Assembly: GCA_045536935.1 (NCBI GenBank)
Contig: JAZSOO010000023.1
Location: 3,651-67,650, forward strand
DNA: 64,000 nt
DNA from: Eubacteriales bacterium
Lineage (GTDB): Bacteria; Bacillota; Clostridia; Oscillospirales; CAG-382
Direction: 5' to 3'
The position numbers and the translations under genes are program-made. How positions within the stretch are numbered: position 1 is the first letter of the stretch; the number at the start of each line of letters is the position of its first letter. This document shows, in pieces, positions 37,595 to 46,928 of this stretch. Below the pieces are notes generated by a model that saw only the letters and a list, made by a program, of their open reading frames with translations, was not told the origin of the DNA and searched no databases.

Positions 37595-39463
37595 TTATTT
37601 TTCAGATATATCGGGTGATTGATATTTTTTCTTTGCGGGCTTTTTGCTCAAATCGGGCAATTGGTACTTCTTCTTGGTTTTAACCATATCGGGAGCTTCG
37701 TATGCCTTTTTCTTGTTTGCGAAATAATTGAATCTTTCCCAAATAATAAAAAGTGCAATCAACACGGTCGAAACGATGCTTATAACTCTTGTTGTATGCT
37801 GTATCGGAGTACCCGTGTATTCAAAAGTAACCGTACCGCTTCTTCTGTCACCGAGGAAGACCTTAATTCGGTTGTAAGAACCGTATGTGCATTCAAGCTC
37901 TGTTCCGTCGTCAAGCGTTGCGGTATATCCCTTATACATGACCAAAGGAACGTTAAGATATGCGTTGTCCTTTTTGGAATCGCTGAAATCGACGATAAGC
38001 TTTCCGTCAACACGTTCCATCGAGGCCTTAAGCTGACCGTCTGAGAACACCGTGTCGGCGTATTTCAATAGTTCACGCTTGTAGTTCACGTCATATTTCT
38101 TTACTGACTCGAACTCGTCAGTCGAAGGCAAATATTCTGCAGCACCGATGACGTTAGTATAGGCATAGTTGACAGTTTTTCCTTCGTGCTGATAGTTCAT
38201 AAATTTGTTGAAATACGGCATGAAACAGCTGATGTAAGAAAACAGCGAGATCGAAATCACAAGAACCATCGAGATCGTCAATTCCGAAGTCTTCGTTGCC
38301 TTATTCGAAAAATACAAAGCAACGGCAACAGCAATAAAGAACGTCGGGAAAATGAGGAATCGCCAAGGGAATTGAACAACACCCGCAATCTCTTGGAAGA
38401 GGTCCCAAGGGAACAAATCGGTTGCAAGGAATAAGAATATTCCCGATATCGCCAAAAGCTTTACGATAAAGTTATCCTTGATCTTTTTGCGGTTGATAAT
38501 ATAGATAACGAGGAAAACGATTCCCGCAAAACCGATACCGTTCGGAACGAATGCCTCGAAGAACTCAATGCCGGTATTAAAATCGTAAAATACCGACCAA
38601 TAGGGCATAGAACGCTGTAACAAAGTGCCCCATCTCGTCGAGGCATAGCCGTCTGTCGCAAGGAATGAGGTCGAATTCATCTGCTCAAGCAACGGGAAAA
38701 TAAAGCTTGCGCCCAAAAGGAAGAACACACCGACACTAACGGCAAGATAGCCGATTCTTTGGGGCTTTTCCTTAACCTGATTGATTGAGAAAAGGAAGAC
38801 CAAAAACAGAGCAAAAACGGTTATCATGCTTGATAACGTGTGACAATGCAACATTAATGCAAGCCCGATAGGGAGAAGATACCATTTTCTCGCTTCGCCG
38901 TACATAATGTGATAAAAACCGGTAAACGCAATAGGTATAAAGATAAACGCCTGCGCCTCACCCAAAGCAGCTCTCGCAATAAGGTCGGTCGCAAGATACG
39001 ACGAAATACCGAACATAACTGCACCGCAAAAAGCGGCTCTGCTGCTTTTTGTAATAGAACGAGTGCAGAAATACATGCTCAAAACTGTACAGGCATAAAT
39101 CAAAGCGACAAAAATCGAATAAGCGTGGTAGACAGTATAATTTTTGAATGCAACCAAATATGCCGGAATAGACAAGAAAATATCACCGTAAAAAAGCGGA
39201 GAAGCATAGCCGTTTCCGTCAAGCACGGTTGTATAAATTCTTGGCAAAAAGTTCCCGTATTCATATTCTTCCGCAATAGCGGCGATACGTTGAAGATGGA
39301 ACGCAACGTCGTGTCCGCCTGTTGTCGCCATAAGCGATAACGGCTTAAGACAGAATATGAAAAGACAGAAAAGCGTCAGCAAGAAATATTTATGCTGATA
39401 AATAAAAGCTGCGATCTTTTTGAAAAAATCGACAGCAATATCCTTTACTTTCGTTTTACTCAT
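37595..39463 (-). CDS. GT-C fold membrane glycosyltransferase (YfhO / 6-pyruvoyl-tetrahydropterin-synthase-related membrane family)
   Basis: GHD..FHL.RI, GYASPLFYG, RAALGE, H.LS, QFPWRFL, EYLP, P...YKGY. Confidence 0.75.
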   Translation of the reverse strand: MSKTKVKDIAVDFFKKIAAFIYQHKYFLLTLFCLFIFCLKPLSLMATTGGHDVAFHLQRIAAIAEEYEYGNFLPRIYTTVLDGNGYASPLFYGDIFLSIPAYLVAFKNYTVYHAYSIFVALIYACTVLSMYFCTRSITKSSRAAFCGAVMFGISSYLATDLIARAALGEAQAFIFIPIAFTGFYHIMYGEARKWYLLPIGLALMLHCHTLSSMITVFALFLVFLFSINQVKEKPQRIGYLAVSVGVFFLLGASFIFPLLEQMNSTSFLATDGYASTRWGTLLQRSMPYWSVFYDFNTGIEFFEAFVPNGIGFAGIVFLVIYIINRKKIKDNFIVKLLAISGIFLFLATDLFPWDLFQEIAGVVQFPWRFLIFPTFFIAVAVALYFSNKATKTSELTISMVLVISISLFSYISCFMPYFNKFMNYQHEGKTVNYAYTNVIGAAEYLPSTDEFESVKKYDVNYKRELLKYADTVFSDGQLKASMERVDGKLIVDFSDSKKDNAYLNVPLVMYKGYTATLDDGTELECTYGSYNRIKVFLGDRRSGTVTFEYTGTPIQHTTRVISIVSTVLIALFIIWERFNYFANKKKAYEAPDMVKTKKKYQLPDLSKKPAKKKYQSPDISEK

Positions 39464-39611
39464 AATAAAAATCCCCAATTTAAAATGATTCTTTGGAAAA
39501 AACTTCCGCAAGAATCCCTTTTGATGAGTATATCATAATAACCTATGCTTGTCAACATAAGCGACATGATTGACAATGGTAAAAATCCGCTTAAAACCGT
39601 TAAATGATATA

Positions 39612-40691
39612 TCATATCAATTCTTTTCTCTTGTTTCTTCTGACCCGGTTAATATGCCTTTCAAAATCACCGTTGTTGATAAGCTCTGTGAGGACGTATT
39701 GCATAAATGTAGGAACTGTGCAAGAATAAAAGCCCAATTTTTCATTGAAGGTCTCAACAAGATGTTTCGGAAGGACCATATATGCAATACGCAGCGAGGG
39801 AGAAACGGTTTTTGAAAATGAATTCAAATAGATTATATTGTCCGCTTTAGAGAGGGAAAATAATGTTTCCGTTGGTTTCGTAGATACGGAAAATTCAGAT
39901 TCAAAATCATCTTCTATAATATAGCGGCCGTTTTGTTCGGACCATCGGATATATTCGTGCCGTTTGGAGGCGGTTGCGGTAACACCGCTGGGATAGCTTC
40001 GGTATGGCGTGGTATGCAGCACGTCAGCTTTCGTTTTGGAAAGAGCGTTGCTGTCGATCCCGCAATTTGTCAGAGGCAACGAATCATAGATGACCTCGGT
40101 TGATTTGTAAACCTGTTCTATTTTTTTATACGAAGGCGTTTCTATGGCATAAATTAAATTCCTGCCGAGCAGTCCGATAATAAGACTGTAAAGATATTCA
40201 GAACCCGAACCGATAATAATTTGCTCTACGTCGATTTTTATGCCACGATTTCGTGCAAGGTAACGGCGGATAGCTTCCCGAAGCTCGAAGCATCCGCAAT
40301 TGGGGGATTTTTCAAGTAAAAGCTCTCCGTGCTCGGTCAATACCCTGCGCATGGTTTTACTAAGCACAGATAAAGGAAAATCGTGATATTCGTGTAATGC
40401 CGATTGTATCGAATGCTCCGTATTATGCTCCGGCGAGGTCGCAAAACCGTCGTTCTTTCTGAAAATAACCACAAATCCGCTTCGTTCTCGGGATTCCGCA
40501 TATCCTTCTTCACAAAGAAGCGAATAGGCGTGTTCAACGGTGATCGTGCTGACGCCCGTTTCTTCCGCAAGGCTCCGCTTAGAGGGAAGTTTGGTATTAT
40601 ATTGATAGTTTTCTGCAATAATGTCATCACGTATCTGCTTATACAGTTGAAGATATATCGGACGGTTTTTCTTATCGATTGCGTATTTCAT
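39612..40691 (-). CDS. MocR/GabR family PLP-dependent regulator (PdxR-like), short form
   Basis: GntR wHTH (PIYLQLY..KLPSKR.LA..VS..TVEHAY..L..EGY), IIEDDFESEF, SFSKTVSPSLRIAYMVLP; divergent from an ECF S-component. Confidence 0.88.
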   Translation of the reverse strand: MKYAIDKKNRPIYLQLYKQIRDDIIAENYQYNTKLPSKRSLAEETGVSTITVEHAYSLLCEEGYAESRERSGFVVIFRKNDGFATSPEHNTEHSIQSALHEYHDFPLSVLSKTMRRVLTEHGELLLEKSPNCGCFELREAIRRYLARNRGIKIDVEQIIIGSGSEYLYSLIIGLLGRNLIYAIETPSYKKIEQVYKSTEVIYDSLPLTNCGIDSNALSKTKADVLHTTPYRSYPSGVTATASKRHEYIRWSEQNGRYIIEDDFESEFSVSTKPTETLFSLSKADNIIYLNSFSKTVSPSLRIAYMVLPKHLVETFNEKLGFYSCTVPTFMQYVLTELINNGDFERHINRVRRNKRKELI

Positions 40692-40778
40692 CTGGCTATA
40701 TAAAATACTCCTTGTTTGGTAATTGTTATATGGTCAGATTTAGTATATATTAATTTCATCAATATGTAAAGGGATCTG

Positions 40779-41297
40779 ATGAAAATGAACACAAGAACAA
40801 AGAAAATAGTTATGGCATCGCTTATGGCGGCATTGGCCTGTGTTGCAACCATGATTATTAAAATACCCTCTCCTCTTAAAGGATATTTAAATTTGGGAGA
40901 TTGCATCGTATTAGTATCGGGTTGGATACTTTCGCCTGCGTACGGGTTCCTTTCCGCAGGTCTTGGTTCTGCACTTGCAGATCTGTTTTCGGGCTATGTA
41001 ACTTACGCACCTGCAACCTTTATTATTAAAGGGTCAATGGCATTGATTGCTTTTTACGGGTTCAAGCTTTTACATAAAAAGCTCGGGGATCTTACGTCGA
41101 GGATCATAAGCGGTATTTTGGCTGAGATAATGATGATATTGGGTTATTATGTATTTGAAGGCTTTTTATACGGTTTTATTCCTTCATCCGTGAATATCCC
41201 CGCAAACGCCATGCAGGGAATTGCAGGCCTCGTTCTCGGCGTAATTCTTGTTAAACTGTTTAAAAAAAATAAAATATTCCTTGATAGTAAAAATTAA
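40779..41297 (+). CDS. ECF transporter S-component (pyridoxine/HMP type, PdxU/HmpT-like)
   Basis: GYLNLGD, G.GSALADL..GY..YAP.TF.IKG, N..Q. Confidence 0.8.
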   Translation: MKMNTRTKKIVMASLMAALACVATMIIKIPSPLKGYLNLGDCIVLVSGWILSPAYGFLSAGLGSALADLFSGYVTYAPATFIIKGSMALIAFYGFKLLHKKLGDLTSRIISGILAEIMMILGYYVFEGFLYGFIPSSVNIPANAMQGIAGLVLGVILVKLFKKNKIFLDSKN

Positions 41298-41380
41298 ATC
41301 AACGTATACGAAAAAAGAAAACCTCGCTTAAAAAACGAGGTTTCAGTTAGTGTTGATTTTCTTTTGAGGTGTTAAGCGGT

Positions 41381-41483
41381 ATGTCATCAATCCGACGGAA
41401 ATGCACCTTCGGTGATGTCATACGTCTTACGGCGATTACATTCACCCTTCGGGTGATTACATACCAATCCTGTCGGATTGGAT
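41381..41483. repeat. Array of short hairpins joined by a repeated 8-nt linker, downstream of the tRNA
   Basis: caccttcggtg-ATGTCATA-cgtcttacggcg-ATTACATT-cacccttcgggtg-ATTACATA-ccaatcctgtcggattgg. Confidence 0.75.
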
Positions 41484-41516
41484 AAAAACCGAAAGTCTTT
41501 TTGACTTTCGGTTTTT
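41484..41516 (-). terminator. Intrinsic terminator of the tRNA
   Basis: aaaaaccgaaagtc-ttttt-gactttcggttttt immediately after CCA. Confidence 0.75.
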
Positions 41517-41591
41517 TGGCACCCGCAACGGGAATCGAACCCATAACTAACCCTTAGGAGGGGTTTATTATATCCATTTAACTATGCAGGC
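41517..41591 (-). tRNA. tRNA-Arg (anticodon CCT, reads AGG)
   Basis: GCCTGCATAGTTAAATGGATATAATAAACCCCTCCTAAGGGTTAGTTATGGGTTCGATTCCCGTTGCGGGTGCCA: acceptor stem, AACCC/GGGTT anticodon stem with CT-CCT-AA loop, TTCGA T-loop, encoded CCA. Confidence 0.93.
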
Positions 41592-41747
41592 ATATTTTTC
41601 GTAGCTCGAATATGGCGCATACCGCATACTGCTTCGAAAAAAGTTTCGCTTGCAATAGGTTTCTATTGCTTCGCTCCTCTTTTTCCGATCTGCGCTCATC
41701 TTCGAACTCCAAAAGGCTCGAATACGGCGCATCCATATCACTCAACC

Positions 41748-41777
41748 ATTTTAATCGTAAATCGACCGCTTTGTCAA
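41748..41777 (-). promoter_or_regulatory. SigA promoter for tRNA-Arg
   Basis: Minus strand TTGACA with TAAAAT about 17-18 nt downstream. Confidence 0.65.
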
Positions 41778-41908
41778 GTGCTTTCGGGCAAAATTGTGCA
41801 TATAATTGTAATACAAAGGTTTTGTTTGTTAAAAAAGTTATTGAAATATTAAATACAGTATGATAGAATAATGACGAATTTATATATATTTTTAACGGAA
41901 ATGTGATT

Positions 41909-43237
41909 ATGAAGAAAAATTACGAAAAAAAGGTTGTAAAATTCGGCGGAAGCTCTCTTGCTTCTGCTGAACAAATGAAAAAATGCGCTGATATTATCAA
42001 ATCGGAAGCTTCCCGCAGATTTGTCGTACCCAGCGCCCCCGGTAAGCGTTTTAGTGAAGATACAAAGGTCACCGACCTTTTGATCTCTTGCTATACAAAG
42101 AGTGCCAACGGCGGTGATTGGGCAAGTGATTTCGAGGAGATAAAATCCCGATATTGCGACATCATCAACGGACTCGGTACAAAAACCGACCTTTCCGCTG
42201 AATTTGCCGTTATTGCCGAAAATCTTTCGAAGGGCACAACTCTCGACTATACCGCTTCCCGTGGCGAATACCTCAACGGTATCGTTCTTGCGGATTACAT
42301 CGGATATGAATTTATCGATGCGGCAGAAGTAGTCTTCTTTGATGCGGACGGCAAGTTTGATGCAAACAAGACAAATATCGTTATGTCCGAACGTCTTGCA
42401 GGCAAGAAGAATGCCGTTATTCCCGGCTTCTACGGCTCCAATCCTGACGGCAGTATCAAAACCTTCTCCCGTGGCGGCAGTGATATCACGGGTGCTATCG
42501 TTGCACGTGCGGTCATGGCGGATATCTATGAAAACTGGACCGACGTTTCGGGATTCTTAATGTGCGATCCCAGAATCGTTGAGAACCCCCGTCCCATCAA
42601 TATCGTAACCTACCGTGAGCTTCGTGAGCTTTCCTATATGGGAGCATCTGTTCTCCACGAGGACAGCATTTTCCCCGTTAAGATTGCAAGCATTCCGATA
42701 AATATCAGAAATACAAACCGTCCCGAGGACGCAGGTACTCTTATCGTTACCTCCACCGACGGATATAAGACAGAAGACATCATCACGGGTATCGCAGGTA
42801 AAAAAGGTTTCTCGGTAATCCGTATCGAAAAGGATATGATGAACCAAGAGCCCGGCTTCGGTATGAAGGTTTTGAAGGTATTTGCAGATCTTGGGATCAA
42901 CTTCGAGCATATCCCTTCGGGTATTGATACAATGTGTGTCGTTATCAACAGCGTTGATATCAAGGGCAGAGAATACGATATCGCTTCTTCAATTCAGCGT
43001 GCAGTTAATCCCGACCATATCCATATCGATAAGGCGATGGGCTTGGTTGCGGTAGTTGGCCGTAATATGGCAGGTCAGCCCGGTACTGCGGCAAGGATCT
43101 TTGCGTCGCTTGCAAAACAAAATATCAACATTCGTATGATCGACCAGGGCTCGAGCGAGTTGAATATCATCATCGGTGTTGATGAAAGCTCCTTCACCCG
43201 TGCAATAAAGGCGATCTACAGAGAGTTCTGCTCGTAA
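41909..43237 (+). CDS. Aspartate kinase with two ACT domains
   Basis: KFGGSSLA, VPSAPGKR, SRGE, TFSRGGSDITG, YENWTDVSG, ELSYMGASVLH, QGSSE. Confidence 0.93.
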   Translation: MKKNYEKKVVKFGGSSLASAEQMKKCADIIKSEASRRFVVPSAPGKRFSEDTKVTDLLISCYTKSANGGDWASDFEEIKSRYCDIINGLGTKTDLSAEFAVIAENLSKGTTLDYTASRGEYLNGIVLADYIGYEFIDAAEVVFFDADGKFDANKTNIVMSERLAGKKNAVIPGFYGSNPDGSIKTFSRGGSDITGAIVARAVMADIYENWTDVSGFLMCDPRIVENPRPINIVTYRELRELSYMGASVLHEDSIFPVKIASIPINIRNTNRPEDAGTLIVTSTDGYKTEDIITGIAGKKGFSVIRIEKDMMNQEPGFGMKVLKVFADLGINFEHIPSGIDTMCVVINSVDIKGREYDIASSIQRAVNPDHIHIDKAMGLVAVVGRNMAGQPGTAARIFASLAKQNINIRMIDQGSSELNIIIGVDESSFTRAIKAIYREFCS

Positions 43238-43854
43238 TGAAATATACAACGGTTCGTGATAAAGGCGAATATACTCTCGTTGAGAAGAAAAGCGAATTTA
43301 TCGGATATTGCGCTCCCGTAAAGACAGAATCCGAAGCAATCGAGTTTGTCAATTCGATCAAGAAAAAGCATTCCGATGCACGCCATAACGTCTATGCCTA
43401 CGTCCTTCGTGAAGGCTTTGCTTCTCGCTTTTCGGACGACGGAGAACCCCACGGAACGGCAGGAATGCCCGTTCTCGATTCTATAAGAAAAGCAGACCTG
43501 ACCGACGTTGCAGTCGTCGTAACACGCTATTTCGGCGGCATTTTGCTTGGTACGGGCGGTTTGGTAAGAGCCTATACCGCTGCGGCAACGGGCGCAATAA
43601 GTGCTTCGGGCATTGTCGAGGTCGGCACCTTCTCGCTTGTTAATATCCGTGCAAACTATTCCGATTACCAAAAAATAATGCCCGTCGTTTCTTCCTTTAA
43701 CGGAAAGATAGAGGACAGCGATTTTGGTACGGAAGTCGTAATGACCGTTTCGGTTCGAAGCGAAAACGAAGAAAAGTTTGTTGCCGAATTGGTAGAAACC
43801 ACAAACGGAAGGGTAATTGCGAAAAATACGGGAGAAAAATGCGACTTTATTTAG
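43237..43854 (+). CDS. YigZ/IMPACT family protein
   Basis: EKKSEFIG, ARHNVYAY, SDDGEPHGTAG.P, VTRYFGGILLGTGGLVRAY. Confidence 0.92.
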   Translation: MKYTTVRDKGEYTLVEKKSEFIGYCAPVKTESEAIEFVNSIKKKHSDARHNVYAYVLREGFASRFSDDGEPHGTAGMPVLDSIRKADLTDVAVVVTRYFGGILLGTGGLVRAYTAAATGAISASGIVEVGTFSLVNIRANYSDYQKIMPVVSSFNGKIEDSDFGTEVVMTVSVRSENEEKFVAELVETTNGRVIAKNTGEKCDFI

Positions 43855-43969
43855 ATTCTTCCATATACGTAAAAAATCAATAAAGATATTCTTAAAGACT
43901 GACGATTGAACCATCGTCGGTCTTTTTGTTATAATTACAGCAAGGGGAAAAAGGCAGAAAGGAATTATT

Positions 43970-44812
43970 ATGAAAATACTACTTGATGCAGGTCACTACG
44001 GTTACCAAAACCGAAGTCCTGTCCTGCCTGAATATTACGAGTCCTGCCGTATGTGGACTCTCTGCGAACTGCTCGCAACCGAACTTGCGGAATACGGCTT
44101 TACCGTTAAAAAAACACGAACCGACCTCAAAAAAGACCTTGCCGTAACCGAACGAGGAAAGATGGCAAAGGGATACGACCTTTTCATCTCGCTACATTCA
44201 AACGCAGTAAGCGGAAACCGAAAGGTCAACAGAGCAGACGTATATGCGGCGTACGATAAGCGAAATAAATCGCACGTCTTGGGCGCAATACTTTCAAAGA
44301 CGGTTGCCGAATGTATGGACGTTGAAGACGGCGGTGTAAAGACAAGAAAGAGCACAAAGGGCGATTATGAATATTACGGCGTACTCCGTGGTGCTTCAAG
44401 CGTCGGCTGTCCATTGTATTACATTGTGGAGCATTCGTTCCATACCAACGAAGCCTCTGCACGCTGGCTTATGGACGATAAAAACCTCAAAAAGCTCGCA
44501 GCAGCAGAAGCAAAAGCAATCGCAGATTATTTCGGATATAAGAAGAAAACAAGTTCCGAAGAGAAAGGAGAAACCAAGGTGAATATCGAATTAAACGTGA
44601 TTAAAAACGGATCCAGGGGAGAGGAAGTGAAAACACTTCAAACTCTCCTAAAGGCAAAAGGCTATAAGGGGGAAAACAAAAAGGTGCTCTCGATTGACGG
44701 TATCTTCGGTGCAAACAGCGAATATGCCGTAAAAGCCTTCCAAAAAGCAAATAAGCTTTCTGTTGACGGTATCGTGGGCAAAAATACCTGGAATAAGCTC
44801 ATAAAGGGCTAA
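43970..44812 (+). CDS. N-acetylmuramoyl-L-alanine amidase (Amidase_3) with C-terminal PG_binding_1 domain, no signal peptide
   Basis: LDAGH, E, SLHSNA, IVEHSFHTN; C-terminal GS.G..VK.LQ..L..DGIFG..AVK.FQ...L.VDGIVG..TW. Confidence 0.9.
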   Translation: MKILLDAGHYGYQNRSPVLPEYYESCRMWTLCELLATELAEYGFTVKKTRTDLKKDLAVTERGKMAKGYDLFISLHSNAVSGNRKVNRADVYAAYDKRNKSHVLGAILSKTVAECMDVEDGGVKTRKSTKGDYEYYGVLRGASSVGCPLYYIVEHSFHTNEASARWLMDDKNLKKLAAAEAKAIADYFGYKKKTSSEEKGETKVNIELNVIKNGSRGEEVKTLQTLLKAKGYKGENKKVLSIDGIFGANSEYAVKAFQKANKLSVDGIVGKNTWNKLIKG

Positions 44813-44888
44813 CAAGTAAAAAAAGTAAAAAAGGCTGTCATCTTTGTGACAGCCTTTTTTATACTTCAAGCACGTAAAGAACGAGTTT

Positions 44889-45590
44889 TTATTCCTCTGA
44901 GGTATATTCTTTTTCATTAATTACAAACGTCGTATCGTCAATCCAAGAAACCTTTGCGGTTTTTGCCTCGTATGCTTCACCTTCATATATGGTTGTCTGC
45001 TTTTTGAAATAATTACCGATGAAAGCCTCAATTTCAGGAACGTTTTTCTTTATTTCAAACGTAGAAGCCGAGCTTAAAGGAGATTCCTCGCTGTATACAA
45101 AAGCAGTATACGTACCTATAGGAGAATCGAGCGTTGTTACCGTTTCTTGCTTAACAACGATTCCGCTGAAAAGATTCCAAAGATAGATAACCGCAATACC
45201 AATGGCAATTAAGACCGAAAATGCCGCAGACGTTGCCTTGATTCTGCTGTCGGGCACAAACTTGATGTAAAGCGTAAAAACACAAGCAAATGAGATGACG
45301 GCAATAAGGATTGAATAGCTCCAGCTTGAATCAACAAAACATAACGTGTTAAAAAGCGATATCGGAGTTAAAAGCATTAAAAACGTTCTGCCGGTCCTGT
45401 TGTATTCGGGCTTTGTTATAAAAAGAATGACCAAAGCGGTAATCGCAAAAAACGCCTGAACCGAAACGGTGAGGATCTCGTTTTCCAAAACGAAATCAAG
45501 CCCGTTTGTTAATCCGATAACCTCAAAAACGGGAACGATAATAAATAAAACACAAAGTATTATCGGAATCGTTACCAAAAATGCTTTCAT
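44889..45590 (-). CDS. Hypothetical membrane protein
   Basis: Five hydrophobic segments then SP.G.Y.A...W.DD.T..IN soluble domain; GGAGG RBS. Confidence 0.7.
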   Translation of the reverse strand: MKAFLVTIPIILCVLFIIVPVFEVIGLTNGLDFVLENEILTVSVQAFFAITALVILFITKPEYNRTGRTFLMLLTPISLFNTLCFVDSSWSYSILIAVISFACVFTLYIKFVPDSRIKATSAAFSVLIAIGIAVIYLWNLFSGIVVKQETVTTLDSPIGTYTAFVYSEESPLSSASTFEIKKNVPEIEAFIGNYFKKQTTIYEGEAYEAKTAKVSWIDDTTFVINEKEYTSEE

Positions 45591-45602
45591 ATCAAAACCT
45601 CC

Positions 45603-46928
45603 TTAAAGGATAACAGAAATTCTATCTATGCCGTAGTATTCAAAACATTCAACGGCGCTTTTATCAATAACCTCACCGCAAACCGCAATCGGCACGGCGG
45701 GCGGACAGGAAACACCAAGTTCTTGAAGTATCCTTCCTTCGCTTTCATCAATATCCACGATCTCGCTTTTCGAAAAAACCGCTTCTCTGATAGACAACGC
45801 TTTTTTCGGTAAGCAAATCTTTGGAGCTCTTTCTTCTATCGGACTTTTCTTTTCTATCGAAGAAATTGCACCGAAAAGGGAAGTGAAGTCGGATTCCGTA
45901 TTATCTGGCGTGAACACCATAACAACAAAATCTCTGTCGGAAAATTCACAGTAAATGTTCTTTTCCTCAAGAATCTTTGCAAATTCAAACCCGTAATAGC
46001 CAAAGCTCTTTGTCGCAAGCGTCAGCTTCAGCTTTTCGTTGCCGATTATTTCAAAGCCAAGCTTTGAAAGATTATCCTTAAGATGTTCAACGTTAACAAC
46101 CGTTTCTTGCAATCTTTCTTTATAATCACTCACGATATATCCGTTTGCTCTGTCAAGCGATTGTAAAATCAAATACGAAGGGCTTGTAGAACCGAAAAGC
46201 GCAAGTGATTGCTTTGCACGTTCTTTAAATATATGCGGGGCATTATCAGAAATATGCAGATATGCACCGCCCGTAAGCACGGGAAGTGTCTTGTGCGCCG
46301 AATCACAGCAAATATCTGCGCCGAGATCTATCGGATGGATAGATTCGGGCAGAAACTTAAGATATGCGCCGTGTGCGTTATCCACGATAAGCAGTGCATT
46401 ATGCTTTTTGCAAACGTCGGAAATCGCGGGTATATCGGCAATATTCCCGAGATAATCGGGAGAGGTTATATAAACTGCGGCCTTACGGTTTGTTTCCTTT
46501 GCAAGCATCAAATCAAGCGATTCAATATCGATCTCGCAGGAAAGATATGAAGAACCCTTTTCGGAGTATACCCATTCAACGTCAACGTCGTTCAGCGCAC
46601 AGGCCGAAACAAAGGATCTATGTACGTTTCTTGCCGCAAAAATAATCGGGTCTTCTCCCCAAAGCTTCAAAAGATATATCATCGCACGGATACAAAGCGA
46701 AGAGCCTTCTGTTGAATAAAAGGTTTGACAACCAAAAAGCTGTGATGCATTCTCTTCGCTTTTTTTGATAATACCGCAAGCGTCAAAAAGACTGTCTGCG
46801 CCCGTAATTTCGGTAATATCAAGCGCATTTATATCTTCACCCTTGCCCTTATGACCGGGCATATGAAGCCTTGTTGCGTTTTTATTTGAATATTCCTTTG
46901 AAAAATCAACAATGGGAGTTTTCATCAT
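45603..46928 (-). CDS. PLP-dependent Orn/Lys/Arg decarboxylase family protein (YaaO-like)
   Basis: RLHMPGHKG, DITEI.G.D.L, RNVHRS, TSPDYLG, VDNAHGA, SAHKTLP, STSPSY, PPAVPI..GE. Confidence 0.88.
   Translation of the reverse strand: MMKTPIVDFSKEYSNKNATRLHMPGHKGKGEDINALDITEITGADSLFDACGIIKKSEENASQLFGCQTFYSTEGSSLCIRAMIYLLKLWGEDPIIFAARNVHRSFVSACALNDVDVEWVYSEKGSSYLSCEIDIESLDLMLAKETNRKAAVYITSPDYLGNIADIPAISDVCKKHNALLIVDNAHGAYLKFLPESIHPIDLGADICCDSAHKTLPVLTGGAYLHISDNAPHIFKERAKQSLALFGSTSPSYLILQSLDRANGYIVSDYKERLQETVVNVEHLKDNLSKLGFEIIGNEKLKLTLATKSFGYYGFEFAKILEEKNIYCEFSDRDFVVMVFTPDNTESDFTSLFGAISSIEKKSPIEERAPKICLPKKALSIREAVFSKSEIVDIDESEGRILQELGVSCPPAVPIAVCGEVIDKSAVECFEYYGIDRISVIL

Noticed and set aside
39560-41591. 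Integrative element at tRNA-Arg carrying the PdxR/ECF pair
   Set aside because: No integrase and no duplicated tRNA 3' end (att site) visible on the far side
41780-41908. Lysine riboswitch or T-box upstream of aspartate kinase
   Set aside because: The TTGAAA-N17-TAGAAT promoter lies only about 40 nt from the start codon, leaving no room, and no motifs are present
43970-44812. Prophage around the amidase
   Set aside because: No holin, structural, integrase or replication genes nearby; flanked by housekeeping genes
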